Source: Sphingobacteriia bacterium (lineage in GTDB: Bacteria > Bacteroidota > Bacteroidia > Chitinophagales > Chitinophagaceae). From it: 43,619 nucleotides of DNA. This document shows, piece after piece, positions 25,751 through 36,586 of the stretch. Numbering within the stretch: position 1 is the stretch's first letter; every line of letters begins with the position of its first letter. Location: contig CANHJH010000001.1 of NCBI GenBank assembly GCA_947460365.1, forward strand, positions 1 through 43,619, read 5' to 3'. The notes beneath the pieces were generated by a model. The model had not been told where the DNA came from. It did not search any database and saw nothing but the letters and a program-made list of their open reading frames with translations. The position numbers and the translations under genes were made by a program.

Positions 25751-26298
25751 TCAATCACCTCCGGAAAATACTTATGCTCCAACGCATGTACTTTTTGCGC
25801 TAAAATTTCAGGAGTATCACCTGGCTCAATGCTGCACTTCGACTGAAAAATAATGTTCCCCTCGTCGTAATGCTCATTCACATAATGAATAGAAATACCG
25901 CTTTCTTTTTCTCCAGCGGCAAGCACTGCTTCATGCACCCGCATGCCATACATTCCTTTCCCGCCATAATTGGGCAATAATGCCGGATGGATGTTGATGA
26001 TGCGTTTAGGATACGCATCTATAATGCAAGCGGGCATCTTCCATAAAAATCCTGCCAATACTATAAAATCAATATGTCTGTTCTTTAGCTCCGCTAAATA
26101 GCTATCCGGAGCCAAAAAATGCAATTTTTCAATTAGCAATGTCTCTATTGCATGATTTTCGGCTATGCTCAGCACACCTGCTCCAGGTTTATTGCAAACA
26201 ATCAACCGTATCTGAACAACTGCGCTCCCCTTAAAATATTGAATAATTTTTTCTGCATTAGATCCGGCACCGGAAGCAAAAATGGCTATGTTAAGCAT
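25729..26298 (-). CDS. purN: Phosphoribosylglycinamide formyltransferase
   Basis: IAIFASGAGSN, VLAGF, INIHPALLP, SGISIHYV...YDEG, LEH. Confidence 0.96.
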   Translation of the reverse strand: MLNIAIFASGAGSNAEKIIQYFKGSAVVQIRLIVCNKPGAGVLSIAENHAIETLLIEKLHFLAPDSYLAELKNRHIDFIVLAGFLWKMPACIIDAYPKRIINIHPALLPNYGGKGMYGMRVHEAVLAAGEKESGISIHYVNEHYDEGNIIFQSKCSIEPGDTPEILAQKVHALEHKYFPEVIEQWIIDN

Positions 26299-26313
26299 GG
26301 TAGTATTGGTATT

Positions 26314-26598
26314 TTAGGAAGATTTACCCGATATTTTAGTCCAGATTCGAATTAGATACCGCTTAAAAAACACAAACTGTCCAAGCGGAATACTAATTGT
26401 AAGCACACAAAGCGGCCATACTAATGTAGCTAACATGATATAAATCAGCACATATTCAGTCCCCTTTTCAATAGTGGTGAGAGAGAGTATATACTTTGAT
26501 ACATAGCTACAAAGGCTGCCCCCAAATGCAAAAGTGGAAAAAATCAACGCAAATTGAAGCCAACTAACTTTCCATTTATCTTTTAATTTATTAAACAT
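26314..26598 (-). CDS. Small membrane protein (DUF6787-like)
   Basis: KLKDKW...TFAFGGS...GQFVFF with two TMs. Confidence 0.6.
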   Translation of the reverse strand: MFNKLKDKWKVSWLQFALIFSTFAFGGSLCSYVSKYILSLTTIEKGTEYVLIYIMLATLVWPLCVLTISIPLGQFVFFKRYLIRIWTKISGKSS

Positions 26599-26728
26599 CT
26601 GGCAAAAGTGGTGCAAAAAATCAATACAAATACTTAAAAAATCAAATTGCCACCTCTTTTAAGGCTACATAGTAAAAATTGCCGTAAAAAAAAATATAAA
26701 TGATTGAGTAATTGTCACAATCGTATCA

Positions 26729-26736
26729 TATTTTTG
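26729..26736 (+). promoter_or_regulatory. -7 promoter element for the act-cox cluster
   Basis: TATTTTTG, 40 nt before the actA start. Confidence 0.55.
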
Positions 26737-26776
26737 CACCCGTTCAAGGAAATTTTTCCACACTAGAACCATTGAT

Positions 26777-28036
26777 GTGAATATGACATTGTCTAGAACC
26801 ATAGCCCAAAAGAGCGTAACTGCCATCCTAATTCTTTTTAGTGTATGTATGAGTGTTGCTGTGAAAGCGCAAGACGGTAAGGCATTATTCAGTGCCAACT
26901 GTGCTTCTTGTCACGCAGTACATAAAAAACTAACTGGTCCCGCCTTAGCCGGTGTGGAAGATCGTTGGCCTAATAAAGAAAATCTACATGCCTGGATCCG
27001 CAATAGTGCCGCATTCCTAAAAACAGGGGATGCTTATGCAAATGCACTCTATAATGAGTACAATAAAACTGCAATGAATGCTTTCCCCAACTTAAAGACG
27101 GAGGAAATTGATGCAATTTTAGCCTACATCAAAACTGTACCTGCTCCGGGAACCGGTGGTGGTGCTGTAGGAGCTGCAACTGCTGCTCCCGTTGAAAGCG
27201 ACAACACCATGTTATATGGAATACTAACACTGGTTTTAGCAGTAGTGTCCTTAATCTTGATGCGGGTAAATTCAAACTTGAAAAAACTTTCAGATGAAGT
27301 TACGGGCGAACCGGTTTTAAGACCTATTCCCTTCTATAGAAACAAAACTTACCTGGCTTTAATAGCAGTGGTATTGTTTTTAGTTGGTGGTTATTTAACC
27401 ACTAAAGGTGCAATGGGATTTGGTAGAAGTAAAGATTATCAACCTGAGCAACCTATTTACTATTCTCACAAAGTGCACGCTGGTGTTAACCAAATCAACT
27501 GTCAGTATTGTCACTCTGGTGTTGCTCAAGGTAAACAAGCCACCATTCCTTCTGTAAATGTTTGTATGAACTGCCACATGGCCATCAATGAATACAAAGG
27601 AGAGCCAATGGTAAATGAAGCAGGAGAAACCGTAGACGGAACTGCAGAAATCAAGAAATTATATAAGTACGCTGGTTTTGAAGAAGGAAAACCTTGGGAT
27701 CCTTCTAAAGCAACCCCTATTGAGTGGGTTCGTATCCACAACTTACCTGACCATGTTTATTTCAATCACGCACAACACGTTAAAGCCGGTCAGGTTGCTT
27801 GTCAAACTTGCCATGGTGAAATACAAAAAATGGGTGAGGTAAAACAATTTACCGATTTAAGTATGGGATGGTGTGTAAACTGTCACCGCGAAACAAAAGT
27901 TCAGTTCAAAGAAAATGGTTTCTACAGTATTTATGAAAAATACCATGCAGATCTACAGAGTGGTAAAATGGATAGTACTAAAGGTGTTACCGTTGAAAAT
28001 ATTGGTGGAACAGAGTGTCAAAAATGTCACTATTAA
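26777..28036 (+). CDS. actA: Alternative complex III subunit A (monoheme plus pentaheme cytochrome c)
   Basis: Six CxxCH motifs: CASCH, then after two TMs CQYCH, CMNCH, CQTCH, CVNCH, CQKCH; LPDHVYFNH. Confidence 0.93.
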   Translation: MNMTLSRTIAQKSVTAILILFSVCMSVAVKAQDGKALFSANCASCHAVHKKLTGPALAGVEDRWPNKENLHAWIRNSAAFLKTGDAYANALYNEYNKTAMNAFPNLKTEEIDAILAYIKTVPAPGTGGGAVGAATAAPVESDNTMLYGILTLVLAVVSLILMRVNSNLKKLSDEVTGEPVLRPIPFYRNKTYLALIAVVLFLVGGYLTTKGAMGFGRSKDYQPEQPIYYSHKVHAGVNQINCQYCHSGVAQGKQATIPSVNVCMNCHMAINEYKGEPMVNEAGETVDGTAEIKKLYKYAGFEEGKPWDPSKATPIEWVRIHNLPDHVYFNHAQHVKAGQVACQTCHGEIQKMGEVKQFTDLSMGWCVNCHRETKVQFKENGFYSIYEKYHADLQSGKMDSTKGVTVENIGGTECQKCHY

Positions 28037-28138
28037 TTCACTAAAGTGTAGTTATAAAGTATAATAAAAAGGGTTTCTAAAATATATAATTCGAAAGAGG
28101 AGAGCCTTAAAAAAGCTTTCAACTGTTAATCAATAATT

Positions 28139-31100
28139 ATGGAGCAAAAAAAGCACTGGCAAAGTTTTGGAGAGCTGAATCAGTCTGAAGCGTACAATAA
28201 AGAGGTGAAAGACGAGTTCAATGAAGATCTTCCCTTTGTTGCCGAAGAAGGCAATAGTTTTCTTGATGCAAAAGCACCTCGTAGAGATTTCTTGAAATAT
28301 TTAGGTTTTAGCACTGCTGCAGCCGCTGCTGCTGCAAGTTGCGAAATGCCTATTAAAAAGGCAATTCCATTTGCCAACAAACCGGAAGATGTTGTGCCGG
28401 GTGTTGCTAAATACTATGCTACTACTTATGTTCAAGATGGAGATGCTGTAAGCATTTTAGCTAAAGTGCGTGATGGTCGCCCTATTAAAATTGAAGGAAA
28501 CGATTTAAGTCCAATTACCAAAGGCGGTACCTCTGCAAGAGTGCAAGCTGCTGTACTGGATTTATATGACACAGCTCGTTTGCGTTTCCCAACAATTGAT
28601 GGTAAAGAAGTAACTTTTGAAGCTGCTGATAAGGCAATTGCTGCTAATATTACTGGTTCAGTAGTTATCTTAACCAGCACCGTTGTTTCTCCTTCAACTA
28701 AAGCTGTAATCAATCAATTATTAGCGAAATATCCTGGAAGTAAACACGTAACCTATGATGCAGTTTCATACAGTGCTATGTTATTAGCCAATGAAGCTAC
28801 CAATGGTGTTCGTGCAATTCCATCTTATCGTTTTGATAACGCAAAAGCTATCGTTAGCTTAGGTGCCGATTTCTTAGGTACCTGGATAAGTCCGGTAGAG
28901 TTTGCTAGACAATATGCTGCAGGCAAAAAAATCGACGAAAAGAATCCTGAAATGAGCAAGCACATTCATTTTGAAAGTGTTGCTTCTTTAACAGGTTCTA
29001 ATGCCGATGAAAAATATTTACACCGTCCTTCTGAAACTGGCGCAATTGCTGCTGCTTTATTAAGCGCAGTAAACGGTCAAGCAATAACTGGCATTACAGA
29101 CGCCAAACTAAAATCTGGGATCGAGAAAGCGGCTAAAGCACTTACTGCACATAAAGGTGCTGCTTTAGTAGTAGCCGGAAGCAATGATGTGAACATTCAA
29201 ATCATTGTAAACGCTATCAATAACGCAATTGGTGCAGCAGGCACAACTATTAATTGGGCTGAAATAGACTATACACGCGCAGGTATAGATGCTGAGTTTG
29301 CTAAATTAGTAGACGAAATGAATGCTGGCGCTGTCGGAACCGTATTAATACATGGCGCTAACCCTGTTTACTCTTGGCATGATGCGGAGAAAGTAAAAGC
29401 AGGATTAAAGAAAGTTAAAACATCGGTTTCATTTGCTGCTAAAGTAGACGAAACTGCTGACCTATGTAAATTTGTTTTACCTGATAACCATTTCTTAGAA
29501 AGCTGGGGCGATGCCGAAATAAAATCCGGTCATTTCTCTTTCATACAACCTACTATTTCTCCGTTGTTTAAAACACGTCAGTGGCAAGACAGCTTATTGA
29601 AATTAGCCGGTTCTAACGAAGATTATCTAGCGTATCTTAAAAATTTCTGGAGCGCAAAACTAGGTGGCGTTGCCGGTTGGGATAAAGCTTTACAAGATGG
29701 TGTGGTAACTACTTCAACTGGTGTGGTTAGTGGTGGCAATTTCAATAGCGCTGCAGTTGCAGGTGCTGTTGCAGCAATAAACACTGCTAAAAAAAGCGGA
29801 AAAATCGAATTAGTACTTTATCAAAAAGTTGGTATCGGTGCTGGTCAAGGTGCTTCTAACCCTTGGTTACAAGAATTACCTGATCCGGTTACTCGTGCTA
29901 CTTGGGACAACTACGTAATTGTTTCTCCTGCAATGGCTAAAACATTGTTGGATATAGATTTAAATAATGGCGGACAAGCGGATGCTTACGAAGTAAATCC
30001 ACCTAAAAAAGTAGTTAAAGTAACAGTAGATGGTAAAACCATTGAACTACCTGCTTTAATTATTCCTGGTACAGATGCCAATACAATCGGTATTGCTGTT
30101 GGTTATGGTCGCAGCGAAAAATTAGGTAAGGCCGCAGCCGGTGTAGGTAAAAATGCTTTTGCATTGGCTTGCACAAATGGCTCAACTGTTAGCTATACTT
30201 GTGCTGATGTAACTGTTGTTGTAACCGGCGAAACATATCCGGTTGCTTTAACACAAACACATAGCCGTTACGATACCGCTCAAGGTAATCGTACCGAGGT
30301 AATGAAAGAATTAACACTTGCTGAATACAAACATAAACCTTCCGAAATACGTGATGAGCGTGCGAAAGAATTACGTGGTCAAATTTCTGGCGGCGAAAAA
30401 TTAAACAACGAGGAAGTACTTGAAAAGTTTGAAGCAAAAGGAACCATTTATCCTGTTTACGACAGACCAGGTATTAAATGGGGAATGAATGTAGACCTTA
30501 ATACTTGTAATGGTTGTGGCGCTTGCGTAGTAGCATGTAATGCCGAAAACAACGTTTCAGTAGTAGGTAAGCCGGAAGTGCTTCGTGGACATGAAATGCA
30601 TTGGTTAAGAATTGATCGGTACTATAGTGGTGATATGGAAAACCCAAATGTGGTATTCCAACCATTAATGTGTCAACATTGCGACAACGCTCCTTGTGAG
30701 AATGTTTGTCCGGTTGCCGCTACCAACCACAGCAGTGAAGGCCTAAACCAAATGACTTATAACCGTTGTATCGGTACAAGATATTGTGCCAACAACTGTC
30801 CTTATAAAGTACGTCGCTTTAACTGGGCCGACTACACAGGTGCAGACAGCTTTGGTGACAACCAAAGAGGAGAAGTGAACGATGTGGTATTAGATATGAA
30901 CGATGATTTAACCAGAATGGTGTTAAACCCAGATGTTACAGTACGTTCTAGAGGAGTGATTGAAAAATGTTCATTCTGCGTTCAACGTTTGCAAGAAGGA
31001 AAATTACAAGCGAAGAAAGACAGCAGACCATTAGCAGATAGCGATGTAAAAGTAGCTTGTCAACAAGCTTGTCCTACTAACGCCATCACTTTTGGTAATG

Positions 31101-31288
31101 CAAATAGTAAAGAGAGCGCTATCCATATTGTTCGTAAAGAAACACCTAACCGTCAGTTCTATGTATTAGAGCAATTACATGTAATGCCGGGCGTTTCTTA
31201 CTTGGCAAAAGTTAGAAATAGTGAGGAAGTTGCACATCATGAAGGTGGTAGTGATAAAGCAGCACACGAAACAAAGGAGCACGCATAA
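28139..31288 (+). CDS. actB: Alternative complex III subunit B (molybdopterin-oxidoreductase-like plus Fe-S domain)
   Basis: Internal Tat motif RRDFLK followed by AAASC; GRPIKIEGN; CNGCGACVVAC, CQHCDNAPCENVCP, CIGTRYCANNCP, KCSFC...CQQACP. Confidence 0.95.
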   Translation: MEQKKHWQSFGELNQSEAYNKEVKDEFNEDLPFVAEEGNSFLDAKAPRRDFLKYLGFSTAAAAAAASCEMPIKKAIPFANKPEDVVPGVAKYYATTYVQDGDAVSILAKVRDGRPIKIEGNDLSPITKGGTSARVQAAVLDLYDTARLRFPTIDGKEVTFEAADKAIAANITGSVVILTSTVVSPSTKAVINQLLAKYPGSKHVTYDAVSYSAMLLANEATNGVRAIPSYRFDNAKAIVSLGADFLGTWISPVEFARQYAAGKKIDEKNPEMSKHIHFESVASLTGSNADEKYLHRPSETGAIAAALLSAVNGQAITGITDAKLKSGIEKAAKALTAHKGAALVVAGSNDVNIQIIVNAINNAIGAAGTTINWAEIDYTRAGIDAEFAKLVDEMNAGAVGTVLIHGANPVYSWHDAEKVKAGLKKVKTSVSFAAKVDETADLCKFVLPDNHFLESWGDAEIKSGHFSFIQPTISPLFKTRQWQDSLLKLAGSNEDYLAYLKNFWSAKLGGVAGWDKALQDGVVTTSTGVVSGGNFNSAAVAGAVAAINTAKKSGKIELVLYQKVGIGAGQGASNPWLQELPDPVTRATWDNYVIVSPAMAKTLLDIDLNNGGQADAYEVNPPKKVVKVTVDGKTIELPALIIPGTDANTIGIAVGYGRSEKLGKAAAGVGKNAFALACTNGSTVSYTCADVTVVVTGETYPVALTQTHSRYDTAQGNRTEVMKELTLAEYKHKPSEIRDERAKELRGQISGGEKLNNEEVLEKFEAKGTIYPVYDRPGIKWGMNVDLNTCNGCGACVVACNAENNVSVVGKPEVLRGHEMHWLRIDRYYSGDMENPNVVFQPLMCQHCDNAPCENVCPVAATNHSSEGLNQMTYNRCIGTRYCANNCPYKVRRFNWADYTGADSFGDNQRGEVNDVVLDMNDDLTRMVLNPDVTVRSRGVIEKCSFCVQRLQEGKLQAKKDSRPLADSDVKVACQQACPTNAITFGNANSKESAIHIVRKETPNRQFYVLEQLHVMPGVSYLAKVRNSEEVAHHEGGSDKAAHETKEHA

Positions 31289-31354
31289 TTTAATTGGATT
31301 AATAGAAATTACGATGGCCTAACGGAAGTCGGCCAAAGACCAAAATAAGAAGAG

Positions 31355-32794
31355 ATGCATTTAAAGTACGAATCACAGCTCAGGGAACCATTGGTGTATG
31401 GAGATAAAACATACAAGCAGGTTACAGAAGACATTGTTCGCCCTATTGAAGCCAAACCTACCAAACTTTGGTACATTGGTTTTTATATTGCTGTTGCCTT
31501 ATTAATGTTCGGAGTATACAGTGTATACCGTGAGGTTACTTATGGTATTGGACAGTGGAACCTAAATAAAACAGTGGGTTGGGGTTGGGACATCACCAAC
31601 TTCGTATGGTGGGTTGGTATCGGTCACGCCGGTACGTTGATCTCCGCTATCTTATTATTATTCCGTCAGGGTTGGAGAACAGGCGTAAACCGTGCAGCTG
31701 AAGCGATGACCATCTTCGCGGTAATGTGTGCCGGTCAATTCCCTATCTTCCACATGGGTCGTGTATGGATGGCTTTCTTCGTATTGCCTTACCCTAACAC
31801 TCGTGGTCCATTATGGGTAAACTTTAACTCTCCATTATTGTGGGACGTGTTTGCCATCTCTACCTATTTCACCGTTTCCTTGTTGTTCTGGTACAGTGGA
31901 TTAATCCCTGACTTTGCAACAGTTCGTGATAGAGCGTTTACTAAATTACGTAAGAAATTATATGGGGTTGCTTCATTTGGCTGGACTGGTTCTACCAAAC
32001 ATTGGCAGCGTCACGAGAGTTTATCATTGGTATTGGCTGGTTTAAGTACTCCATTGGTATTGTCTGTACACACCATCGTATCTTTTGACTTCGCTACTTC
32101 GGTTATTCCGGGTTGGCATACTACCATTTTCCCTCCTTACTTCGTTGCGGGTGCAATTTTCTCCGGATTTGCCATGGTGCAAACCCTCATGATTATTGTT
32201 CGTAAAGTATTTGGAATGGAAGATTACGTAACCATCGGACATATTGAAGCAATGAATAAAGTAATTGTATTAACCGGCTCTATTGTAGGTATTGCTTACT
32301 TAACAGAATTGTTCATGGGTTGGTACAGTCAAAATAAATATGAAGGATATACCTTCTGGTACAGCCGTGCTTACTTATTCAGTCCTTATGGATGGAGCTA
32401 CTGGGGTATGATGGCTTGTAACGTATTAAGCCCGCAAATTTTCTGGTTCCGCAAAATGAGAAGAAACATTTTTGTTACCTTCTTCATGAGCATCATCGTA
32501 AATATTGGTATGTGGTTCGAACGTTTTGTAATCATCGTTACTTCTTTGTACCGCGATTACTTACCATCTAGCTGGTCTGTTTACTACAGTCCAACCATTT
32601 GGGAAATTGGTTTCTACGCAGGAACATTCGGATTGTTCTTTACTTGCTTCTTCTTGTTTGCTAAATACTTCCCGGTAATAGCCATTGCAGAGATTAAGTA
32701 TGTATTGAAAACAACCGGTGAAGGATACAAAAATCAAATGGCAGGTATTGAAGAGCAGCCATTAGAAGATTTTGTGCACCAACATGCACACTAG
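31355..32794 (+). CDS. actC: Alternative complex III subunit C (NrfD/PsrC family quinol-binding subunit)
   Basis: WGWDITNFVWWVGIGHAGTLISA, HMGR, SPLLWD, GMWFERFVI. Confidence 0.95.
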   Translation: MHLKYESQLREPLVYGDKTYKQVTEDIVRPIEAKPTKLWYIGFYIAVALLMFGVYSVYREVTYGIGQWNLNKTVGWGWDITNFVWWVGIGHAGTLISAILLLFRQGWRTGVNRAAEAMTIFAVMCAGQFPIFHMGRVWMAFFVLPYPNTRGPLWVNFNSPLLWDVFAISTYFTVSLLFWYSGLIPDFATVRDRAFTKLRKKLYGVASFGWTGSTKHWQRHESLSLVLAGLSTPLVLSVHTIVSFDFATSVIPGWHTTIFPPYFVAGAIFSGFAMVQTLMIIVRKVFGMEDYVTIGHIEAMNKVIVLTGSIVGIAYLTELFMGWYSQNKYEGYTFWYSRAYLFSPYGWSYWGMMACNVLSPQIFWFRKMRRNIFVTFFMSIIVNIGMWFERFVIIVTSLYRDYLPSSWSVYYSPTIWEIGFYAGTFGLFFTCFFLFAKYFPVIAIAEIKYVLKTTGEGYKNQMAGIEEQPLEDFVHQHAH

Positions 32795-32876
32795 TCTTTC
32801 GGGCAAATAGAGAGAATAGAACAACGTTGAAATAAATTTTATAAACCAAAATTTCCCTTCATAGGGATCAAAGGTT

Positions 32877-33467
32877 ATGGCAAAAAAGAAATTCGTAGTA
32901 GGCTGTTTTGATGATGAAGCTGCATTGTTTCCGGCAGTAAAAAAGGTTCGCACAGCCGGTTATAAAATACATGATGTGTACACACCATTTGCGGTACATG
33001 GATTGGATCATGCATTGGGATTAAGAGAAACCAGCTTACACACTGCAGGATTTATTTATGGTATTACCGGTACATCTACTGCATTAAGTTGCATTAGCTG
33101 GATTTTTACGAAAGACTGGCCTTTAAACATTGGTGGCAAACCGCATTTTGCTTTGCCGGCTTGGATTCCTATTATGTTTGAATTAACAGTGTTATTTGCT
33201 GCAGTGGGTATGGTACTTACTTTTTTATACATCTGTCAATTAGGCCCATTTGTTAAAAAGCATCATTTTCATGCAAGAGCTACTGATGATCTTTTTGTAA
33301 TGGTTATTGAATGTACCGACAAAACCAATGTAGATGATTTACGTGGTTTCTTATCTAGCAACGGCGCTATCGAAACCGATTGTCAGATTGCAGAAGAAGG
33401 TTGGTGGATTGGCAAATACGACAATGATGATATGCCATTCGAAAACAAACAGATTGTAGTTGCATAA
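32877..33467 (+). CDS. actD: Alternative complex III subunit D (DUF3341)
   Basis: YTPFAVHGLD.ALG, DWPLNIGGKP, FELTVLFAA. Confidence 0.93.
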   Translation: MAKKKFVVGCFDDEAALFPAVKKVRTAGYKIHDVYTPFAVHGLDHALGLRETSLHTAGFIYGITGTSTALSCISWIFTKDWPLNIGGKPHFALPAWIPIMFELTVLFAAVGMVLTFLYICQLGPFVKKHHFHARATDDLFVMVIECTDKTNVDDLRGFLSSNGAIETDCQIAEEGWWIGKYDNDDMPFENKQIVVA

Positions 33468-33496
33468 TAGAATTGAAAATTAGAATTAACAGAATC

Positions 33497-34141
33497 ATGA
33501 AGAATACATCAATCATAGCTTGTTTAACTGCAGTAGTCGCTTTAGTGGCTTGTAGTGATGTGAAGCGCACTCCGGGTAGCATTTATATGCCCGATATGGC
33601 ATACAGCCGTGCGTATGAAACGTACAGCGATCACAGTAATCTTGCTGAAAAGGGAATTAATTACAACAACAGACCAGTTGAAGGAACTATTTCTCGTGAA
33701 GAAGATGCGCCTTTTCATATAGCGAAAGACTTACCGGGAGATACTGCTAATTATGTTGCATCTAAGCAAGTGAAAAATCCTTATGATACATTGTCTGCAA
33801 AAGATCAGGAAGAAGCAGAAAGACTATATCTAGTAAACTGTGGCATCTGTCATGGTGCTAACCTAAAAGGAAATGGCCCTTTATACAAAGATGGCAACGG
33901 ACCTTACGCTGCTAAACCTGCTTCATTAGTAGGTGATGCAAAATATGAGGCAATGCCTGCAGGTCAAATGTTCTATTCTGTTGCCTATGGTAAAAATTTA
34001 ATGGGATCTTATGCATCACAATTAAGCCGTAAGCAACGTTGGAAAATAATCGCTTATATTAAAGCAAAACAACAAGAAGGAAAAAAAGCAGCTCCGGCAG
34101 CAGCTCCAGTAGCTACTACTGCAACTGTTGCAACAAAATAA
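33497..34141 (+). CDS. actE: Alternative complex III subunit E (monoheme cytochrome c lipoprotein)
   Basis: Lipobox LVAC from ATG 33497; YMPDM; CGICH; MGSYASQL. Confidence 0.92.
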   Translation: MKNTSIIACLTAVVALVACSDVKRTPGSIYMPDMAYSRAYETYSDHSNLAEKGINYNNRPVEGTISREEDAPFHIAKDLPGDTANYVASKQVKNPYDTLSAKDQEEAERLYLVNCGICHGANLKGNGPLYKDGNGPYAAKPASLVGDAKYEAMPAGQMFYSVAYGKNLMGSYASQLSRKQRWKIIAYIKAKQQEGKKAAPAAAPVATTATVATK

Positions 34142-34180
34142 TTTTAAGCAAATCAGTATAACTGAACTAAAAGAGTAACA

Positions 34181-35410
34181 ATGGCATCTTTAAGAACACA
34201 ATTTGAAGTTCCCGGAAAAATGAAGACCTGGTCTTATGCCTTAATAGGTATCGGATTGGTTGCATTGGTTTATGGAATGATCACAAAAGGATTTAGTTCC
34301 GATGAGCATGAGCAAGTTCATTTCTGGGGAACATTAATGTACAATTCTATCTTCTGGACATTAATTTGTAATGCCAGTATGTTCTTTATTAGTGTTACCA
34401 CTTTGGCTCAGGCCGGTTTCACGCAAACATTTCGTCGCATACCGGAAGCCATCTCTACATTAGTACCAATTTTCGGTATCATCACTTTTGCAGTGTTAAT
34501 GTATATTGTGTTCAGCCACAATCACCACATCTACCATTGGTTAGATGCAGAAGCAGTGGCTGCTGATCCTATATTAAAAGGAAAATCAGGCTTTTTAAAT
34601 CCTACTTTCTTTGTTATCTGGACTACATTAACCATTGCACTTTGGAGCTTCTTAGGTTGGAGAATCCGTAAATTAAATAACGAAGCCGATGAAGCAGCTA
34701 TGAACAACGAAACCGGTGCAAAATTCATCTTGCGCGGAACTGTTAGAGCAGCAATGTTCACTGCTTGGTTTGGTTTAACTGTTGGTTCAACTATCCCTTG
34801 GTTGTGGATGATGAGTATCGATGCACATTGGTATTCTACCATGTATAGCTGGTATACTTTTGTAAGCTCTTTTGTTGCAGGTATGTCTTTAGTAGCACTT
34901 TGGGTTATCTATCTTAAAAACAAAGGTTATTTAGAATTAACCAGTCAGGAACACTTACACGATATCGGTAAATTCATGTTTGCTTTCTCTATCTTCTGGA
35001 CCTACCTTTGGTTTTCTCAGTACATGCTTATTTGGTATGCAAATATTCCGGAAGAAACTATTTATTTCAAACACCGTGTGCAAGGGCCATACAAAGGAAT
35101 TTTCTTCTTTAATTTAATTGTTAACTTCCTTTGTCCATTATTAATTCTAATGAAGCGTTCTGCAAAAAGAAACTACACATTAGTAACTTTTATGGCAGTA
35201 TTAATCATCTTTGGTCACTGGGTAGATTTTTATCAAATGGTAATGGGCTCATTAAGTAAAGAGCACGTAACCTTAGGTTGGTTAGATTTTGGCATCTTAA
35301 TTTTCTTTGTAGGTATGATGATTATGTTTGTGAGCAAAGCATTAGCTAGCAAACCATTGATAGCAAAACATCACCCTTATTTAAAAGAAAGTATCATACA
35401 CCAGGTTTAG
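34181..35410 (+). CDS. actF: Alternative complex III subunit F
   Basis: About 10 TMs; WMMSIDAHWYST, HLHDIGK, FSQYMLIWYANIPEET. Confidence 0.93.
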   Translation: MASLRTQFEVPGKMKTWSYALIGIGLVALVYGMITKGFSSDEHEQVHFWGTLMYNSIFWTLICNASMFFISVTTLAQAGFTQTFRRIPEAISTLVPIFGIITFAVLMYIVFSHNHHIYHWLDAEAVAADPILKGKSGFLNPTFFVIWTTLTIALWSFLGWRIRKLNNEADEAAMNNETGAKFILRGTVRAAMFTAWFGLTVGSTIPWLWMMSIDAHWYSTMYSWYTFVSSFVAGMSLVALWVIYLKNKGYLELTSQEHLHDIGKFMFAFSIFWTYLWFSQYMLIWYANIPEETIYFKHRVQGPYKGIFFFNLIVNFLCPLLILMKRSAKRNYTLVTFMAVLIIFGHWVDFYQMVMGSLSKEHVTLGWLDFGILIFFVGMMIMFVSKALASKPLIAKHHPYLKESIIHQV

Positions 35411-35462
35411 TAAATCTGGAATAATAAACAAATTGTTAGTTTAAGTTAATATAGATAGCACT

Positions 35463-36539
35463 ATGACAATGTTTTTAATAACCGCGGTAACAGTACTGAT
35501 ATTCTTGGTGATCTTTCAGATCGCTAAAGCTACAGAGTATGTAGGCATTTTGAAAGGTGAAGAAAAGAGCCGTAAGGAAAGCAATAAGATCAACGGTCTT
35601 CTAATGGTAGTATTCCTTGTACTTGGTTTGATAGGTGTATGGTATTGTAACCACTTACTTTTCAATAAAACACTTTTAGCTCATGATGCTTCGAGTGTAG
35701 AAGGTGCGCTTGTTGACTCCATGTTATGGGTTACTTTAGCAGTAACCGGTATTGTATTTATTGGCACTCAAATCGTATTATTTCTATTCGCTTATAAGTA
35801 TCAGGAACAAGATGATAGAAAAGTTTACTTTTTTGCTCATAGCAATAAATTAGAATTTATCTGGACCATCATCCCTGCCATTACCTTAACTGTATTAGTA
35901 GTAATAGGATTACGTAACTGGTATTTATTTACCGGCGAACCTCCAAAAGGCGCGATGGTAGTAGAAGTTACCGGAAAACAGTTTGGCTGGATCTTCCGTT
36001 ATCCGGGTAAAGATGCAGCTTTTGGTAAAAAATATTACAAGAACATCGATAATGCCTCCAACTCATTAGGTATTATATGGGAAGACGAATTATCGCATGA
36101 TGATTTGGTAATGGAACAAACCATGTATTTGGTTAAGGGCAAGCCTGTTAAATTTATAATTGGTTCAAGAGATGTAATTCATGATGTGGGACTAACTCAT
36201 TTTCGTATGAAAATGGACGCTGTACCGGGTATACCTACCACCTTGTGGTTTACACCAAAGTACACTACCAATGAAATGAAAGAAATTACCGGCAATCCTA
36301 ATTTCCAATACGAAATCAGTTGCGACCAAATGTGCGGTAATGGACACTATTCTATGAAAGGTGTTATTGAAGTACTGGATCAGGAAGAATATGATGCAAA
36401 AATGGCGGGTCAAAAACCATATTACTATGCAGCATTTCCTGACAAAGACCCTTCTAATACAAAACCAGTAGTTGCAGATACTGCAAAAGTAGCCGCAACA
36501 CCTGCAGAAGTATCAACAAAAGTAATTGCTAAAAACTAA
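35463..36539 (+). CDS. coxB: Cytochrome c oxidase subunit II
   Basis: LEFIWTIIP, QFGWIFRY, DVIH, MDAVPG, CuA motif CDQMCGNGHYSM. Confidence 0.95.
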   Translation: MTMFLITAVTVLIFLVIFQIAKATEYVGILKGEEKSRKESNKINGLLMVVFLVLGLIGVWYCNHLLFNKTLLAHDASSVEGALVDSMLWVTLAVTGIVFIGTQIVLFLFAYKYQEQDDRKVYFFAHSNKLEFIWTIIPAITLTVLVVIGLRNWYLFTGEPPKGAMVVEVTGKQFGWIFRYPGKDAAFGKKYYKNIDNASNSLGIIWEDELSHDDLVMEQTMYLVKGKPVKFIIGSRDVIHDVGLTHFRMKMDAVPGIPTTLWFTPKYTTNEMKEITGNPNFQYEISCDQMCGNGHYSMKGVIEVLDQEEYDAKMAGQKPYYYAAFPDKDPSNTKPVVADTAKVAATPAEVSTKVIAKN

Positions 36540-36586
36540 AACAATCTTGTAAAAGCAATTGTTTATAAAAAATAAAGTATCAGTGT

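Noticed and set aside
25582-25803. 73-aa ORF with repeated CQLSI-type motifs, or a CRISPR array
   Set aside because: It is a translation of the heptamer array; there are no unique spacers and no cas genes
26700-26730. CRP/FNR-like box upstream of actA
   Set aside because: Only partial TGA...TCA symmetry with the wrong spacing
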